A program made the position numbers and the translations under genes. Of a stretch of DNA of 22,248 bases, positions 7,060-20,458 are shown piece after piece (position 1 is the first letter of the stretch; every line of letters begins with the position of its first letter). A model generated the notes under the pieces. That model saw only the letters and a program-made list of their open reading frames with translations. It searched no databases and was not told where the DNA came from. The DNA comes from a virus (taxonomy: Duplodnaviria; Heunggongvirae; Uroviricota; Caudoviricetes), in IMG/VR virus record IMGVR_UViG_2778261418_000019, positions 1 through 22,248 of that record; one strand, given 5' to 3'.

Positions 7060-7551
7060 ATGGCAATAGTTCGCAAAGTAACCCTAAGAGGCGATATCTT
7101 TAAAGGCGAGACTATTACATTCGATTACCCCGCAGGGTCAGAAGTAGACTTGATTGATCCAAACGGGGTAAAGACCTCATATACATATCCCTTCCCAGAT
7201 ATTGATACTAGTAACTGGGTAGCGGGTGTATGGACTGCAATTATTAACAGTACCGTAGCATATGGTGTACAACAATTCGAAGTAATAGATCCAACTTCTA
7301 AAGCGTCAGAATATAACGACCTGATGCAAATCATCAAAGATATTGATCAAATCATCATGGATAGAATTAAAGGCGGTGGTGTACTAAGTCAATCAATCCA
7401 AAATAAATCATTAACATATGAAAGTAGCGAAATACTTATGAAACTACGCCCTGTATATGTCAGTCGTGCAAATGATTTACTTTCGGATATGAAAGGCTTC
7501 AATACTGGATGTCCTATCAAATCAATTACTACATTTAGGAGATCTAGATAA
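7060..7551 (+). CDS. hypothetical protein between terminase and portal (about 163 aa from ATG 7060)
   Basis: ORF track frame 7030-7551; ATG 7060 has AAGGAAA upstream, whereas 7030 lies inside the terminase gene. Function unknown. Confidence 0.5.
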   Translation: MAIVRKVTLRGDIFKGETITFDYPAGSEVDLIDPNGVKTSYTYPFPDIDTSNWVAGVWTAIINSTVAYGVQQFEVIDPTSKASEYNDLMQIIKDIDQIIMDRIKGGGVLSQSIQNKSLTYESSEILMKLRPVYVSRANDLLSDMKGFNTGCPIKSITTFRRSR

Positions 7552-9047
7552 TGTTCGGATGGAATAAAAAGAAAGTAGAAGAACCTAAACAAAAAGTTTT
7601 AGTACAGAAGCCAGTGAAGCTAATGAAGAATAACCCAATGAAACGAGCAATGACTTCCCTGAATTTGGGATCATCTAGCCCTGTTATCTCATTTGGCTTC
7701 ACTGGTGGTAATCAGGCTGGCAATATTAACGCCATCATTAACCGTACACTACCCGTAATGGTAGCCGTTAGTCGTGAACTATCAATCAAGAACGGTATTG
7801 TAAAAAAATATGTTAGTACGAATAGTGCAGGTGTAACGGGTGCAGATGGCCTATATATTCGCCCTTGTACGCATAGCTCCGACGACGAACAGGTTAACCA
7901 GTCAATCGATAAACAGATTGAAGATGCGTTTTACACGTGGGCCGAAGATCCTAAAGCGTTTTCCCGCTGCGGTACTCTAGATATCAGTACCTTCCAACGT
8001 CTGGTAGAACGTACTCGATCAGTAGATGGTGATTGTTTCATTCGCGTTCACAGTAAGCCAGGAGAGCTACCACAGATTGAGATTATCGATTCTATGCGTA
8101 TCTCGACCTATGAGAACCAATTACTACCAAGTGGTAACTATATTAGTAATGGTATTGAATTTGATATTAATACTAACCGACCTGTAGCTTATTGGGTAAC
8201 ACGTTATAACCCCATCATGTACAACTATATGATTGGTGAGCGTGAACGAGTACCAGCCGACGAGATCCTACACCTATTTCAGCAGGACTATCCAACACAG
8301 CAACGCGGTATTCCAGATGTGCATTCCGGTACTGAAAAGTTAAAAGAGTTAGAGGAATTTATGTCGGCGGCAATTACTTCCCGAAAGGTTGCAGCGTCCG
8401 CAATGGCCTTTATTACTAACCCTGATAGTGATGACGTACAGCTACTGACTGATGATAGTGTATCGTACTATGATCAGGACTATCTAAATCCGGCTGCAAT
8501 CGTAGAACTACAGGCAGGTCAGGATATTAAAACAGTAAACCCAACACAGACTACCGATGGTATACAAGAGTTTATTGATAACCAAATGATGATGATTGCA
8601 ATGGGATTAGATATTACAAAACAATCTCTAACTTCTGATACTAGTAATGCTTCATTCAGTGCTGCAAAGTTAACTGATAAATTACAGCAATCAACATTTA
8701 AAAGCCGTACTAATGCTTTAATTGTATCCGTACTGAAACCTCTTTATATTGCATGGCTAAAATCTGCAATGCTAAATAATAGTACATTAAGCAATTTAAA
8801 TTTTAGTGATTTTAATAAATTAACTCATGCACAATATGTACAGACGCGTCAAATCTCCCTAGATCCATATAAAGACCTTCAAACCGAAGTATTAGCAATT
8901 GATAACGGTTTAAAGAGTAAGGCAATGGTAATTTCGGAGATGGGATACGATCCGGTTATTGTCATGGAAGAAATCAACAAGGAAAATAAAGAAAATGGAA
9001 TTGAACAAGAACCAGACGAGGGCGATCAATCTAACGCAGATCAATAA
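7551..9047 (+). CDS. portal protein
   Basis: 498 aa, immediately after the terminase genes and before the protease/capsid ORF; AGGAG 9 nt upstream; ATG overlaps the upstream stop (TAATG). Confidence 0.75.
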   Translation: MFGWNKKKVEEPKQKVLVQKPVKLMKNNPMKRAMTSLNLGSSSPVISFGFTGGNQAGNINAIINRTLPVMVAVSRELSIKNGIVKKYVSTNSAGVTGADGLYIRPCTHSSDDEQVNQSIDKQIEDAFYTWAEDPKAFSRCGTLDISTFQRLVERTRSVDGDCFIRVHSKPGELPQIEIIDSMRISTYENQLLPSGNYISNGIEFDINTNRPVAYWVTRYNPIMYNYMIGERERVPADEILHLFQQDYPTQQRGIPDVHSGTEKLKELEEFMSAAITSRKVAASAMAFITNPDSDDVQLLTDDSVSYYDQDYLNPAAIVELQAGQDIKTVNPTQTTDGIQEFIDNQMMMIAMGLDITKQSLTSDTSNASFSAAKLTDKLQQSTFKSRTNALIVSVLKPLYIAWLKSAMLNNSTLSNLNFSDFNKLTHAQYVQTRQISLDPYKDLQTEVLAIDNGLKSKAMVISEMGYDPVIVMEEINKENKENGIEQEPDEGDQSNADQ

Positions 9048-10857
9048 TGCAATTGATGAAAACGATAGAACTGTAGAACTCTCTTTTGCCTCCGAAATTC
9101 CAGTAGTACGCGATATTAAAGGGACTCTCTATAATGAGATCCTTTTATGCAGTCCTGAAAACGTAGATTTAAGCCGTCTAAATGACGGTGCACCTGTACT
9201 AGTAGAACATGATGCAATGCGTCAAGTTGGTATAGTTGAAAATGCTCGCGTAGATATGGATAAAGTATGTCGTGCTACTGTACGTTTTAGTGCTTTGGGT
9301 ACTGCAAATACTATCTTCGGAATGATCGTAGAAGGTATTCGCCCTAAAGTATCAGTAGGTTATAACATCCTAGATTACTATCTAGATGGTAATGATCTAA
9401 TCGTTTCCAAATGGCAACCATACGAAGTATCAAGCGTATCCACTCCCGCAGATAATAGCGTAGGTGTAGGAAGATCACTAAATAGTAATGATGAAATTAC
9501 TTTAGAGGATCAACCCCAAATGGAACCAGAACAAAAAGAAGAACTAGTACAGGAAGTAAAAATTATTGAAAAAGCACCACAAGAAGAAGTGCAATCAGAA
9601 GTAGTTGAAGAATCCGTAGTAGTCGAAAGTGAAGAATCAGTAGAAGTAGTAGAAGTTGAAGTAATCGAGGAAGTACAAGAAGATGTACAACCGGAATTAG
9701 TAGAAGAACGTTCTATTGCAGTAACTGATATTCAAGAAAGTATAAATAAAGAAGTAGAAGCAAATCGTATTCGCGAACTTCAATCTATTTCTTCGGTACT
9801 AGGTGTTAGTACCGAAGAAGCAATTAAAAACGGTGTAAGCGTAGAAGACTTTAAACGCTCACTACTAAATAAAGATAACAAATCAATTGATAAGGAAATC
9901 AAACAAATGGATAAAAAATCTCTAATCGCCGAAGGTCTACGTAGTCTAAAAGGCGAAGCAAACGAACTAGCAACCTTCGAAAAAGGTACACGCGGTTATA
10001 ATGCAGATCTTAATGCTATGGTACGTTCTACTGCCGATACCACTTCTACCGTCACTGCCGCAGGTCTTGTAAAAGAAGAATTAGCAGATGCCTATATTCG
10101 CCAACTACTTGCACGTACCGTACTAGGTGAACTACCAGTTACCGTCTTTGGTGGTCTTGCTGGTCGTGGTAATTTCTCTATCCCACGTGCAAAAGGTATG
10201 AACCCAGTAGCACGTTTCTATGGTGAAGATGAAGCAGTATCCGATGGCTTCGAAACCTTCGATAAGATCACTCTAAAGCCTCGCATGTTCGCAGCAGGTA
10301 TCAAGATCACTAAAGCAATGCTACTAAGCAACGCAGCTACCGAACGTTATGTAACTGATGAGCTACTACGCCAATGTTCTAACGGTCTAGAATCAGCAGT
10401 ATTTACACAAATCGCTAATACCGTTCCAGTACAGGAAACCGCAGCAGTAGGTACAGTAACCGAAGCAGACGTACAGAAAGCAATTGAGGCACTAGGTGTA
10501 GCAAACGTTGATATCAACCGTTGTGTTGCAATCGTCCACCCTTCTATGCTCGCTAAACTACGTCAGTATGCAATTTTGGGTAACACCAGTGCAGTAAGTG
10601 CTGTAGCAGGCCATCGCTATGATATGTGGTTGTGTGACGAAGTACGCGTAATTGAATCTACTTTCGTAGCAGCAGATGCAATTCTAATTGGTGACTTCTC
10701 CGAACTAATCTTTACTAACTGGAACGAAGGCCAAGAGCTGGATTTCGACGATACTACCTACCGTGCAGCACAAACTATCGCAATCCGTAGCTTCCAGTAC
10801 CTTGATGTAGCTATTGCACACGAAGAATCATTCGTACAAATCAAACTAAAAGCATAA
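8959..10857 (+). CDS. prohead protease - acidic scaffold-like linker - major capsid protein (HK97-type) encoded as one ORF
   Basis: N-terminal third matches the HK97 prohead protease pattern (RTVELSFASE..., VLVEHD); aa about 190-250 is an E/V-rich acidic low-complexity stretch; the C-terminal roughly 380 aa looks like an HK97-fold capsid protein. Internal in-frame ATG at 9520 with AGAGGA upstream. The 5' end overlaps the portal gene (alternative ATG at 8995). Confidence 0.7.
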   Translation: MSWKKSTRKIKKMELNKNQTRAINLTQINNAIDENDRTVELSFASEIPVVRDIKGTLYNEILLCSPENVDLSRLNDGAPVLVEHDAMRQVGIVENARVDMDKVCRATVRFSALGTANTIFGMIVEGIRPKVSVGYNILDYYLDGNDLIVSKWQPYEVSSVSTPADNSVGVGRSLNSNDEITLEDQPQMEPEQKEELVQEVKIIEKAPQEEVQSEVVEESVVVESEESVEVVEVEVIEEVQEDVQPELVEERSIAVTDIQESINKEVEANRIRELQSISSVLGVSTEEAIKNGVSVEDFKRSLLNKDNKSIDKEIKQMDKKSLIAEGLRSLKGEANELATFEKGTRGYNADLNAMVRSTADTTSTVTAAGLVKEELADAYIRQLLARTVLGELPVTVFGGLAGRGNFSIPRAKGMNPVARFYGEDEAVSDGFETFDKITLKPRMFAAGIKITKAMLLSNAATERYVTDELLRQCSNGLESAVFTQIANTVPVQETAAVGTVTEADVQKAIEALGVANVDINRCVAIVHPSMLAKLRQYAILGNTSAVSAVAGHRYDMWLCDEVRVIESTFVAADAILIGDFSELIFTNWNEGQELDFDDTTYRAAQTIAIRSFQYLDVAIAHEESFVQIKLKA

Positions 10858-10869
10858 GGTACTTTCACT

Positions 10870-11190
10870 ATGAGGCATTTTACTAGTAATCAAATTGATT
10901 CTACTTTTCTAAATGCCTTTGGTGAACCTATCACAATTAACGGGGCGACGTTTACAGCAATTGTAGATAATCGCCCCGTAGTCGTAGATAGCGGTACTGA
11001 AGGGATTGTAGAAAGTACAGAAACATTTCTATCAGTAAAGACTGATGACCTATCTACTTACAGTATCGCAATTGATTCCGTAGTAGGCGTACAGGGTACT
11101 AACTACACTGTATATAATATCTATAATGATTTGAGTGGTATCAGTGAAGTTTACATTAGACCATCAACAATTAATAATTACGGGTGGTAA
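10870..11190 (+). CDS. putative head-tail connector / head completion protein (106 aa)
   Basis: Position directly after the capsid gene, and size; function by synteny only. Confidence 0.4.
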   Translation: MRHFTSNQIDSTFLNAFGEPITINGATFTAIVDNRPVVVDSGTEGIVESTETFLSVKTDDLSTYSIAIDSVVGVQGTNYTVYNIYNDLSGISEVYIRPSTINNYGW

Positions 11191-11191
11191 T

Positions 11192-11584
11192 ATGAATCTT
11201 CTAACTCAAGTACAGAAAACTATTAGAGACAGTTTAAATAATATCATGCCAATTCGTAAAGCAATGAATATTGCAGCAGGGCGTGATCTCTTTATTCTCG
11301 TTTCAACCAATCAAACCTACCAATCTGTAAACTATAATAATCAAAATCAAATGGGTAACTTTAACTTTCAATTCCTATTAGTACCGGAACCTTCAATCAA
11401 TTTACCCGCCGACACCTTCGGTACTATTTTTGATTACTTCCGTACTAATACTATCATGGAATTTGGTAATAATGGTGTACAACTTCATAGTTATGACGTA
11501 GCAGACAGTGAACTAGTAACAGATCCGTCAACTGGTTATCAATCGCTATCTTTTGCAATAAATATTGTAGCGACTCTAAGATAA
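11192..11584 (+). CDS. putative head-tail joining or tail terminator protein (130 aa from ATG 11192; ORF track gives 11135)
   Basis: ATG 11192 directly follows the upstream stop and has a GGTGG upstream; size and position fit lambda gpU / FII-type proteins. Weak. Confidence 0.4.
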   Translation: MNLLTQVQKTIRDSLNNIMPIRKAMNIAAGRDLFILVSTNQTYQSVNYNNQNQMGNFNFQFLLVPEPSINLPADTFGTIFDYFRTNTIMEFGNNGVQLHSYDVADSELVTDPSTGYQSLSFAINIVATLR

Positions 11585-11599
11585 AAGGAATTACAAAAG

Positions 11600-15334
<3,735 letters not shown>

Positions 15335-15341
15335 ATAAACG

Positions 15342-15364
15342 GTAGGGAAAAGGACTTTCCCTAC
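15342..15364 (+). terminator. stem-loop after the fibre gene (GTAGGGAAA / TTTCCCTAC), no clear U-tract
   Basis: 9-bp inverted repeat with a 5-nt loop, 8 nt after the stop. Confidence 0.35.
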
Positions 15365-15394
15365 TAATCCAACTTATATAAGGAAATAAAAAAT

Positions 15395-15853
15395 ATGGCT
15401 ATGTCTATTATGACTGGTGCTAACCTAAAAGTAGAGTTAGGCACTTATACCGCTGGTAGCTCTACCGCTGCCGCAGATTTTCAAGAAATCCCAGAAGTGG
15501 CAGCATTCGCTACTAGTGGTTTTGAATCTACTGTTATTGATGTTGTTACTTACAACTCTGCTTATAATCGCAAGCTACTAGGAACAAAATCCGTGCCTGA
15601 TTGTGAACTAACTGTTAACTATCTAGCAGATAACGCAGTACACCAAAAGTTAGAACAACTTGCAGATGATCAGGTACGTACTCAGGTTAAAATCACCTAC
15701 TACGAAAACGCAACCCGTACAACTGGCTTCTTCGTAATCTACAATGCTTTCGTATCTTCAAACTTGATCGCAGGTAGTAAAGACGAAGTAGTGACTAAGG
15801 CATTTACACTAGCTGTAGATGGTGGTCCAATCCAATCCGGTATTAATGCTTAA
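15395..15853 (+). CDS. major tail (tube) protein
   Basis: 152 aa, AAGGAAA RBS, directly upstream of the chaperone pair and tape measure gene; followed by a strong terminator. Confidence 0.65.
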   Translation: MAMSIMTGANLKVELGTYTAGSSTAAADFQEIPEVAAFATSGFESTVIDVVTYNSAYNRKLLGTKSVPDCELTVNYLADNAVHQKLEQLADDQVRTQVKITYYENATRTTGFFVIYNAFVSSNLIAGSKDEVVTKAFTLAVDGGPIQSGINA

Positions 15854-15863
15854 TAATAAATAA

Positions 15864-15900
15864 GAGTGATGGAGTAATCCACACTCTTTTTTTATTTTAC
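15864..15900 (+). terminator. rho-independent terminator (AGAGTG ... CACTCT stem then TTTTTTTATTTT)
   Basis: Hairpin with extendable inner GGA/TCC pairing followed by T7; immediately after the tube gene. Confidence 0.7.
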
Positions 15901-15915
15901 ACAGGAATTATAAAC

Positions 15916-16992
<1,077 letters not shown>

Positions 16993-17038
16993 TGCAATAA
17001 CTTCCGGTGGTGGTGAATTTGCAAGTGTTATTAAAGAT

Positions 17039-18808
17039 ATGGGACTGAATATCGAAGAGTATGCAAAGTTTGTTAATCAACCAAATGGTGGTATACAGGC
17101 AACATTACATTTAATGGATGCAATGAAAAAGGCAAATATACCAATTGCACAACAGACTTTTGCACTTGAAGCTATTGCTAGTGATGCAAGTAAACTCAGT
17201 ACCGTGTATCGTGAATTGGGAAGTGGTCAGGCAGTATTAAACGATATAGCTAATCAAACTGTTTCAGTTACTGAAAATATGGCCGATGAATATGCAAGGT
17301 TTGATAAGAACCTACAGAACGCAACTGATTCAGGTCAGGTATTATTGATGGAATTTATGTATCCAGTAGTAAGAGAGATGAATGCATTATGGGACTGGTT
17401 TAATAAAGGTTGGGGAACATCTGACTTTATGAAGGCAGTTGATAAACTCAATAAAAAAGGTATTACACCTTCGGGTATGTCATCCAGTCAAGTAACATCA
17501 TTAGGGAAGAATAGTGATGTCTCAGCAGCAGGAAAGGCAAATGATGACGTAGCCTATAACAAAACAGTTGATAACTTCCTAGCGGCAAATAAGAAAGCTG
17601 GTGATCTTGCATTCAAACAACGTGTAGAAAGTCAAAAACGTTTTGATAAGATCCGTAAAGAAGAAGAAGATAAAGCAAAGGCAGCACGCGATAAAGCAGC
17701 CCGACAAGCAGCCTCGGCAGCGGCTAAAGCCAAGGCATTACGTGAGAAAGAAGCTAAAGAACGAATTGCAGCACAACAATCATTAGATAAAATCTTAGTA
17801 GACCAAACTATCGGTACTAATGAACGTCAATTAGCAGAGTTTGACCGTCAACAAAAAGAAATAGTAGAAACTATCAAAAAGAGTGCAAAGACACTAGGAC
17901 TATCAGACGAGAAACTACGCCAGCTATTAAATGATCAAGTTACAGCAGGTGCAGCAGGACGTTTAAAAATTATTAATGATATGTTGGGCTTTAGTGATCC
18001 AAATCAGACTATCAATGATCAGAACGCTCTATTAGCTAGTGGACAAGTTGGGGCCGCAGGTCAAGCCTTTATTGGTAATCAACTAGACCAACAGTTAGGA
18101 CTAGATACTACCTCCTATGATATGGAAGCAATGAATAAAGAACGTGATGCACTATTGAAGCAGAACGAACTATTAATTCAGGATAAGGAATCATTCGAAA
18201 AGCGTAAAGCGGCAATTACTGCCAAATATGCACAACGTGCCGTAGAAATACAGCACCAAGAAACTATGCAATTACTAGAAGGTACTGAATCTGCTTTTAC
18301 ACAAATTGGGAACGGTATGGCGGCGGCATTTGGTGAGTCTAGCGGGGCAGCACAGGCAGCATTTGCAGTACAGAAGGGTATCACCATTAGTATGACCATC
18401 ATGAAGATACAAGAGGCTCTAGCGGGTGCATTGGCTCTAGGTTTTCCACAGAACATCCCAGCTTACGCACAGATTGCAGCTATGGGTATGTCTATCATTA
18501 GTACAGCTAAGGGTGCAAGTGCTGGTCAATTCCATGGTGGCGTAGATGAACTAGATTCATCAATGGATAACAAATCTTTTGTACTAAAAGCAGGTGAACG
18601 CGTAGTACAACCAGAAGCTAACAAAAAGCTAACTAACTTTCTAGATAATCAGGAAAAAGGCGGCGGTACTATGGGCGGTGATACTATTATCAATGCCCCA
18701 TTATATGTATATGGTAGTGATGATGATAAACAATTCCAAGAAAAATTGAAGAAACATCAAAACAGTATTGTACAGGCGGTGCGTGATTCACAGAAACGTA
18801 ACTCATAA
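17039..18808 (+). CDS. tape measure protein, main body (589 aa from first ATG; frame open upstream to 16976)
   Basis: Long coiled-coil-rich ORF with KAA/QAA repeats; C-terminal FHGG...FVLKAGERVV resembles the lambda gpH C-terminal region; no convincing RBS before ATG 17039. Confidence 0.7.
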   Translation: MGLNIEEYAKFVNQPNGGIQATLHLMDAMKKANIPIAQQTFALEAIASDASKLSTVYRELGSGQAVLNDIANQTVSVTENMADEYARFDKNLQNATDSGQVLLMEFMYPVVREMNALWDWFNKGWGTSDFMKAVDKLNKKGITPSGMSSSQVTSLGKNSDVSAAGKANDDVAYNKTVDNFLAANKKAGDLAFKQRVESQKRFDKIRKEEEDKAKAARDKAARQAASAAAKAKALREKEAKERIAAQQSLDKILVDQTIGTNERQLAEFDRQQKEIVETIKKSAKTLGLSDEKLRQLLNDQVTAGAAGRLKIINDMLGFSDPNQTINDQNALLASGQVGAAGQAFIGNQLDQQLGLDTTSYDMEAMNKERDALLKQNELLIQDKESFEKRKAAITAKYAQRAVEIQHQETMQLLEGTESAFTQIGNGMAAAFGESSGAAQAAFAVQKGITISMTIMKIQEALAGALALGFPQNIPAYAQIAAMGMSIISTAKGASAGQFHGGVDELDSSMDNKSFVLKAGERVVQPEANKKLTNFLDNQEKGGGTMGGDTIINAPLYVYGSDDDKQFQEKLKKHQNSIVQAVRDSQKRNS

Positions 18809-18812
18809 TTAT

Positions 18813-18840
18813 AAAGGGGGCTTAGGCTCCCTTTATTCGT
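18813..18840 (+). terminator. terminator-like hairpin after the tape measure gene (AAAGGGGGC-TTAG-GCTCCCTTT)
   Basis: 9-bp stem including one G-U pair, tetraloop, then TTTATT. Confidence 0.45.
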
Positions 18841-18875
18841 ATAAATATAATAGAAATCTATAAAAGGAATTTAAA

Positions 18876-19430
18876 ATGATTAACTTTACTAAAGCAATTA
18901 AAGTATCTGGATTCAGTTTGAAATCTACGCAACCAATGTATGAACATCAATCATGGACAGGTAAAGTTTTACAGCGTGGAACCGGAATACAATACTATGA
19001 AGCAGAATTTACACTAACCTATAACATTTCAGACCGTCACGAAGTAGACCAGTTTTTAGCACTACATTCATTGGGTAAACCATTTCAAATGGACTTAGGA
19101 CACCTATCAACCTATACAGGTACACAAACGGCAGCAGTTACCAGTACCACAGCAAAGGCGGCAGGAAGTGCAACTATCAATACATCTACTCAATCTTTAC
19201 GTGTTGGTGATCGCATCCAGTTTACTAACCATACGAAAATATATTCCATTATTGACCGAACTAATACTAGCGTTACTATCTTCCCTGCATTACGTCAGAG
19301 TGTAGCAACTGGCGAGATCATCAAGTACAGCAATATTACAATCACAGGCATCCTTAAAGCCGAGAATACATACGTTTGTCCAGTTACTAACGTTACTACC
19401 CAAAAATTAACAGTATGGGAGAATCTCTAA
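18876..19430 (+). CDS. minor tail protein (lambda gpM-like / distal tail protein position)
   Basis: AAGGAA RBS; first gene after the tape measure; loose similarity to the gpM pattern (...FLALHSLGKPF...). Confidence 0.5.
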   Translation: MINFTKAIKVSGFSLKSTQPMYEHQSWTGKVLQRGTGIQYYEAEFTLTYNISDRHEVDQFLALHSLGKPFQMDLGHLSTYTGTQTAAVTSTTAKAAGSATINTSTQSLRVGDRIQFTNHTKIYSIIDRTNTSVTIFPALRQSVATGEIIKYSNITITGILKAENTYVCPVTNVTTQKLTVWENL

Positions 19431-20066
19431 ATGGCACTTGATACAATCTCGACTAATGCAAATCTACTAAAATATTGGAACTTAACCCGCAATAGTGGGA
19501 CACCAAAAACTAAACTATCTGATCAAGAAATAATGAGTATGGGTCAGCACGTAACATGCTTTGATGTATTCCCAAAAAATGCAAATGGTATTCACTGGAC
19601 TGATGCTTTTATTAATATCGATATGAATAGTGTAACCTATCTATCTTTCCCCGATATTGTACAGGACTCACTACCAGCATTTAGCGAAGAAAAAGGAATT
19701 AGTAATAATGCCATCTCTTTTAAAGTAAGTAATATTGATAACTCAGTACAGATGCTTGCTCTCTCAGGTGGTCTATTCAAAGCTAAAATTAATATCTATA
19801 TGGTAATCCTTGATCCCTATACTACTACACCACTCTATCAAATGTTGATGTTCTCTGGATTCATTGACTACTGTCAGGCAGTAGCTAACCCAATTGATGG
19901 AAAAACAGAGATGACAGTAAACGTAAATAGTATATTCCAAAAACTAGACGTTCAGACACGTACTATTGCAAGTAATAGCGTATATCAATCATATTACCCA
20001 GGCGATGAGTTTATGTCACTACTAGGACAGGTAAACCAAGCTAACCAAACATGGAAGATGAACTAA
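19431..20066 (+). CDS. minor tail protein (lambda gpL-like position; lacks the gpL Cys cluster)
   Basis: GGGAGA RBS; synteny; weak pattern similarity only. Confidence 0.45.
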   Translation: MALDTISTNANLLKYWNLTRNSGTPKTKLSDQEIMSMGQHVTCFDVFPKNANGIHWTDAFINIDMNSVTYLSFPDIVQDSLPAFSEEKGISNNAISFKVSNIDNSVQMLALSGGLFKAKINIYMVILDPYTTTPLYQMLMFSGFIDYCQAVANPIDGKTEMTVNVNSIFQKLDVQTRTIASNSVYQSYYPGDEFMSLLGQVNQANQTWKMN

Positions 20067-20458
20067 TGGCAAATTTACATAATGAAATAATGAAACATAT
20101 TGAAGATGCACTAGCTAACCCTTATTCCTTCGGTACTAATGATTGTAATATTGTTGCCTTACGAGTAGTTGATACTATTAAAGGTACTAAATGGTCAGAA
20201 GTAGCGGAATACTCATCTTTAAAAGAGGGAGTAGCACAACTACATGAACTAGGATTTAACAGTACACAAGATATTATCATTCAGGAATGTACACAGGTTG
20301 AAATCCCAATTGATGGTGATATTTGGCTAGATCCAGATAACCCATTGCTAATGGCAGTAGTGGTATCTGGTCGCCTATTGGGTGTCAATGATGAACATGA
20401 CGCTTTCGTACTAATCAATAAAAAGAAAAACGGAACTTACTATAGGAGTAACAAATAA
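20066..20458 (+). CDS. possible gpK-like tail assembly protein with minimal NlpC/P60-like Cys ... His arrangement (130 aa; ORF track gives 20051)
   Basis: ATG 20066 overlaps the upstream stop (TAATG); NDCNIVAL near the N-terminus and EHD near the C-terminus; synteny. Confidence 0.35.
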   Translation: MANLHNEIMKHIEDALANPYSFGTNDCNIVALRVVDTIKGTKWSEVAEYSSLKEGVAQLHELGFNSTQDIIIQECTQVEIPIDGDIWLDPDNPLLMAVVVSGRLLGVNDEHDAFVLINKKKNGTYYRSNK

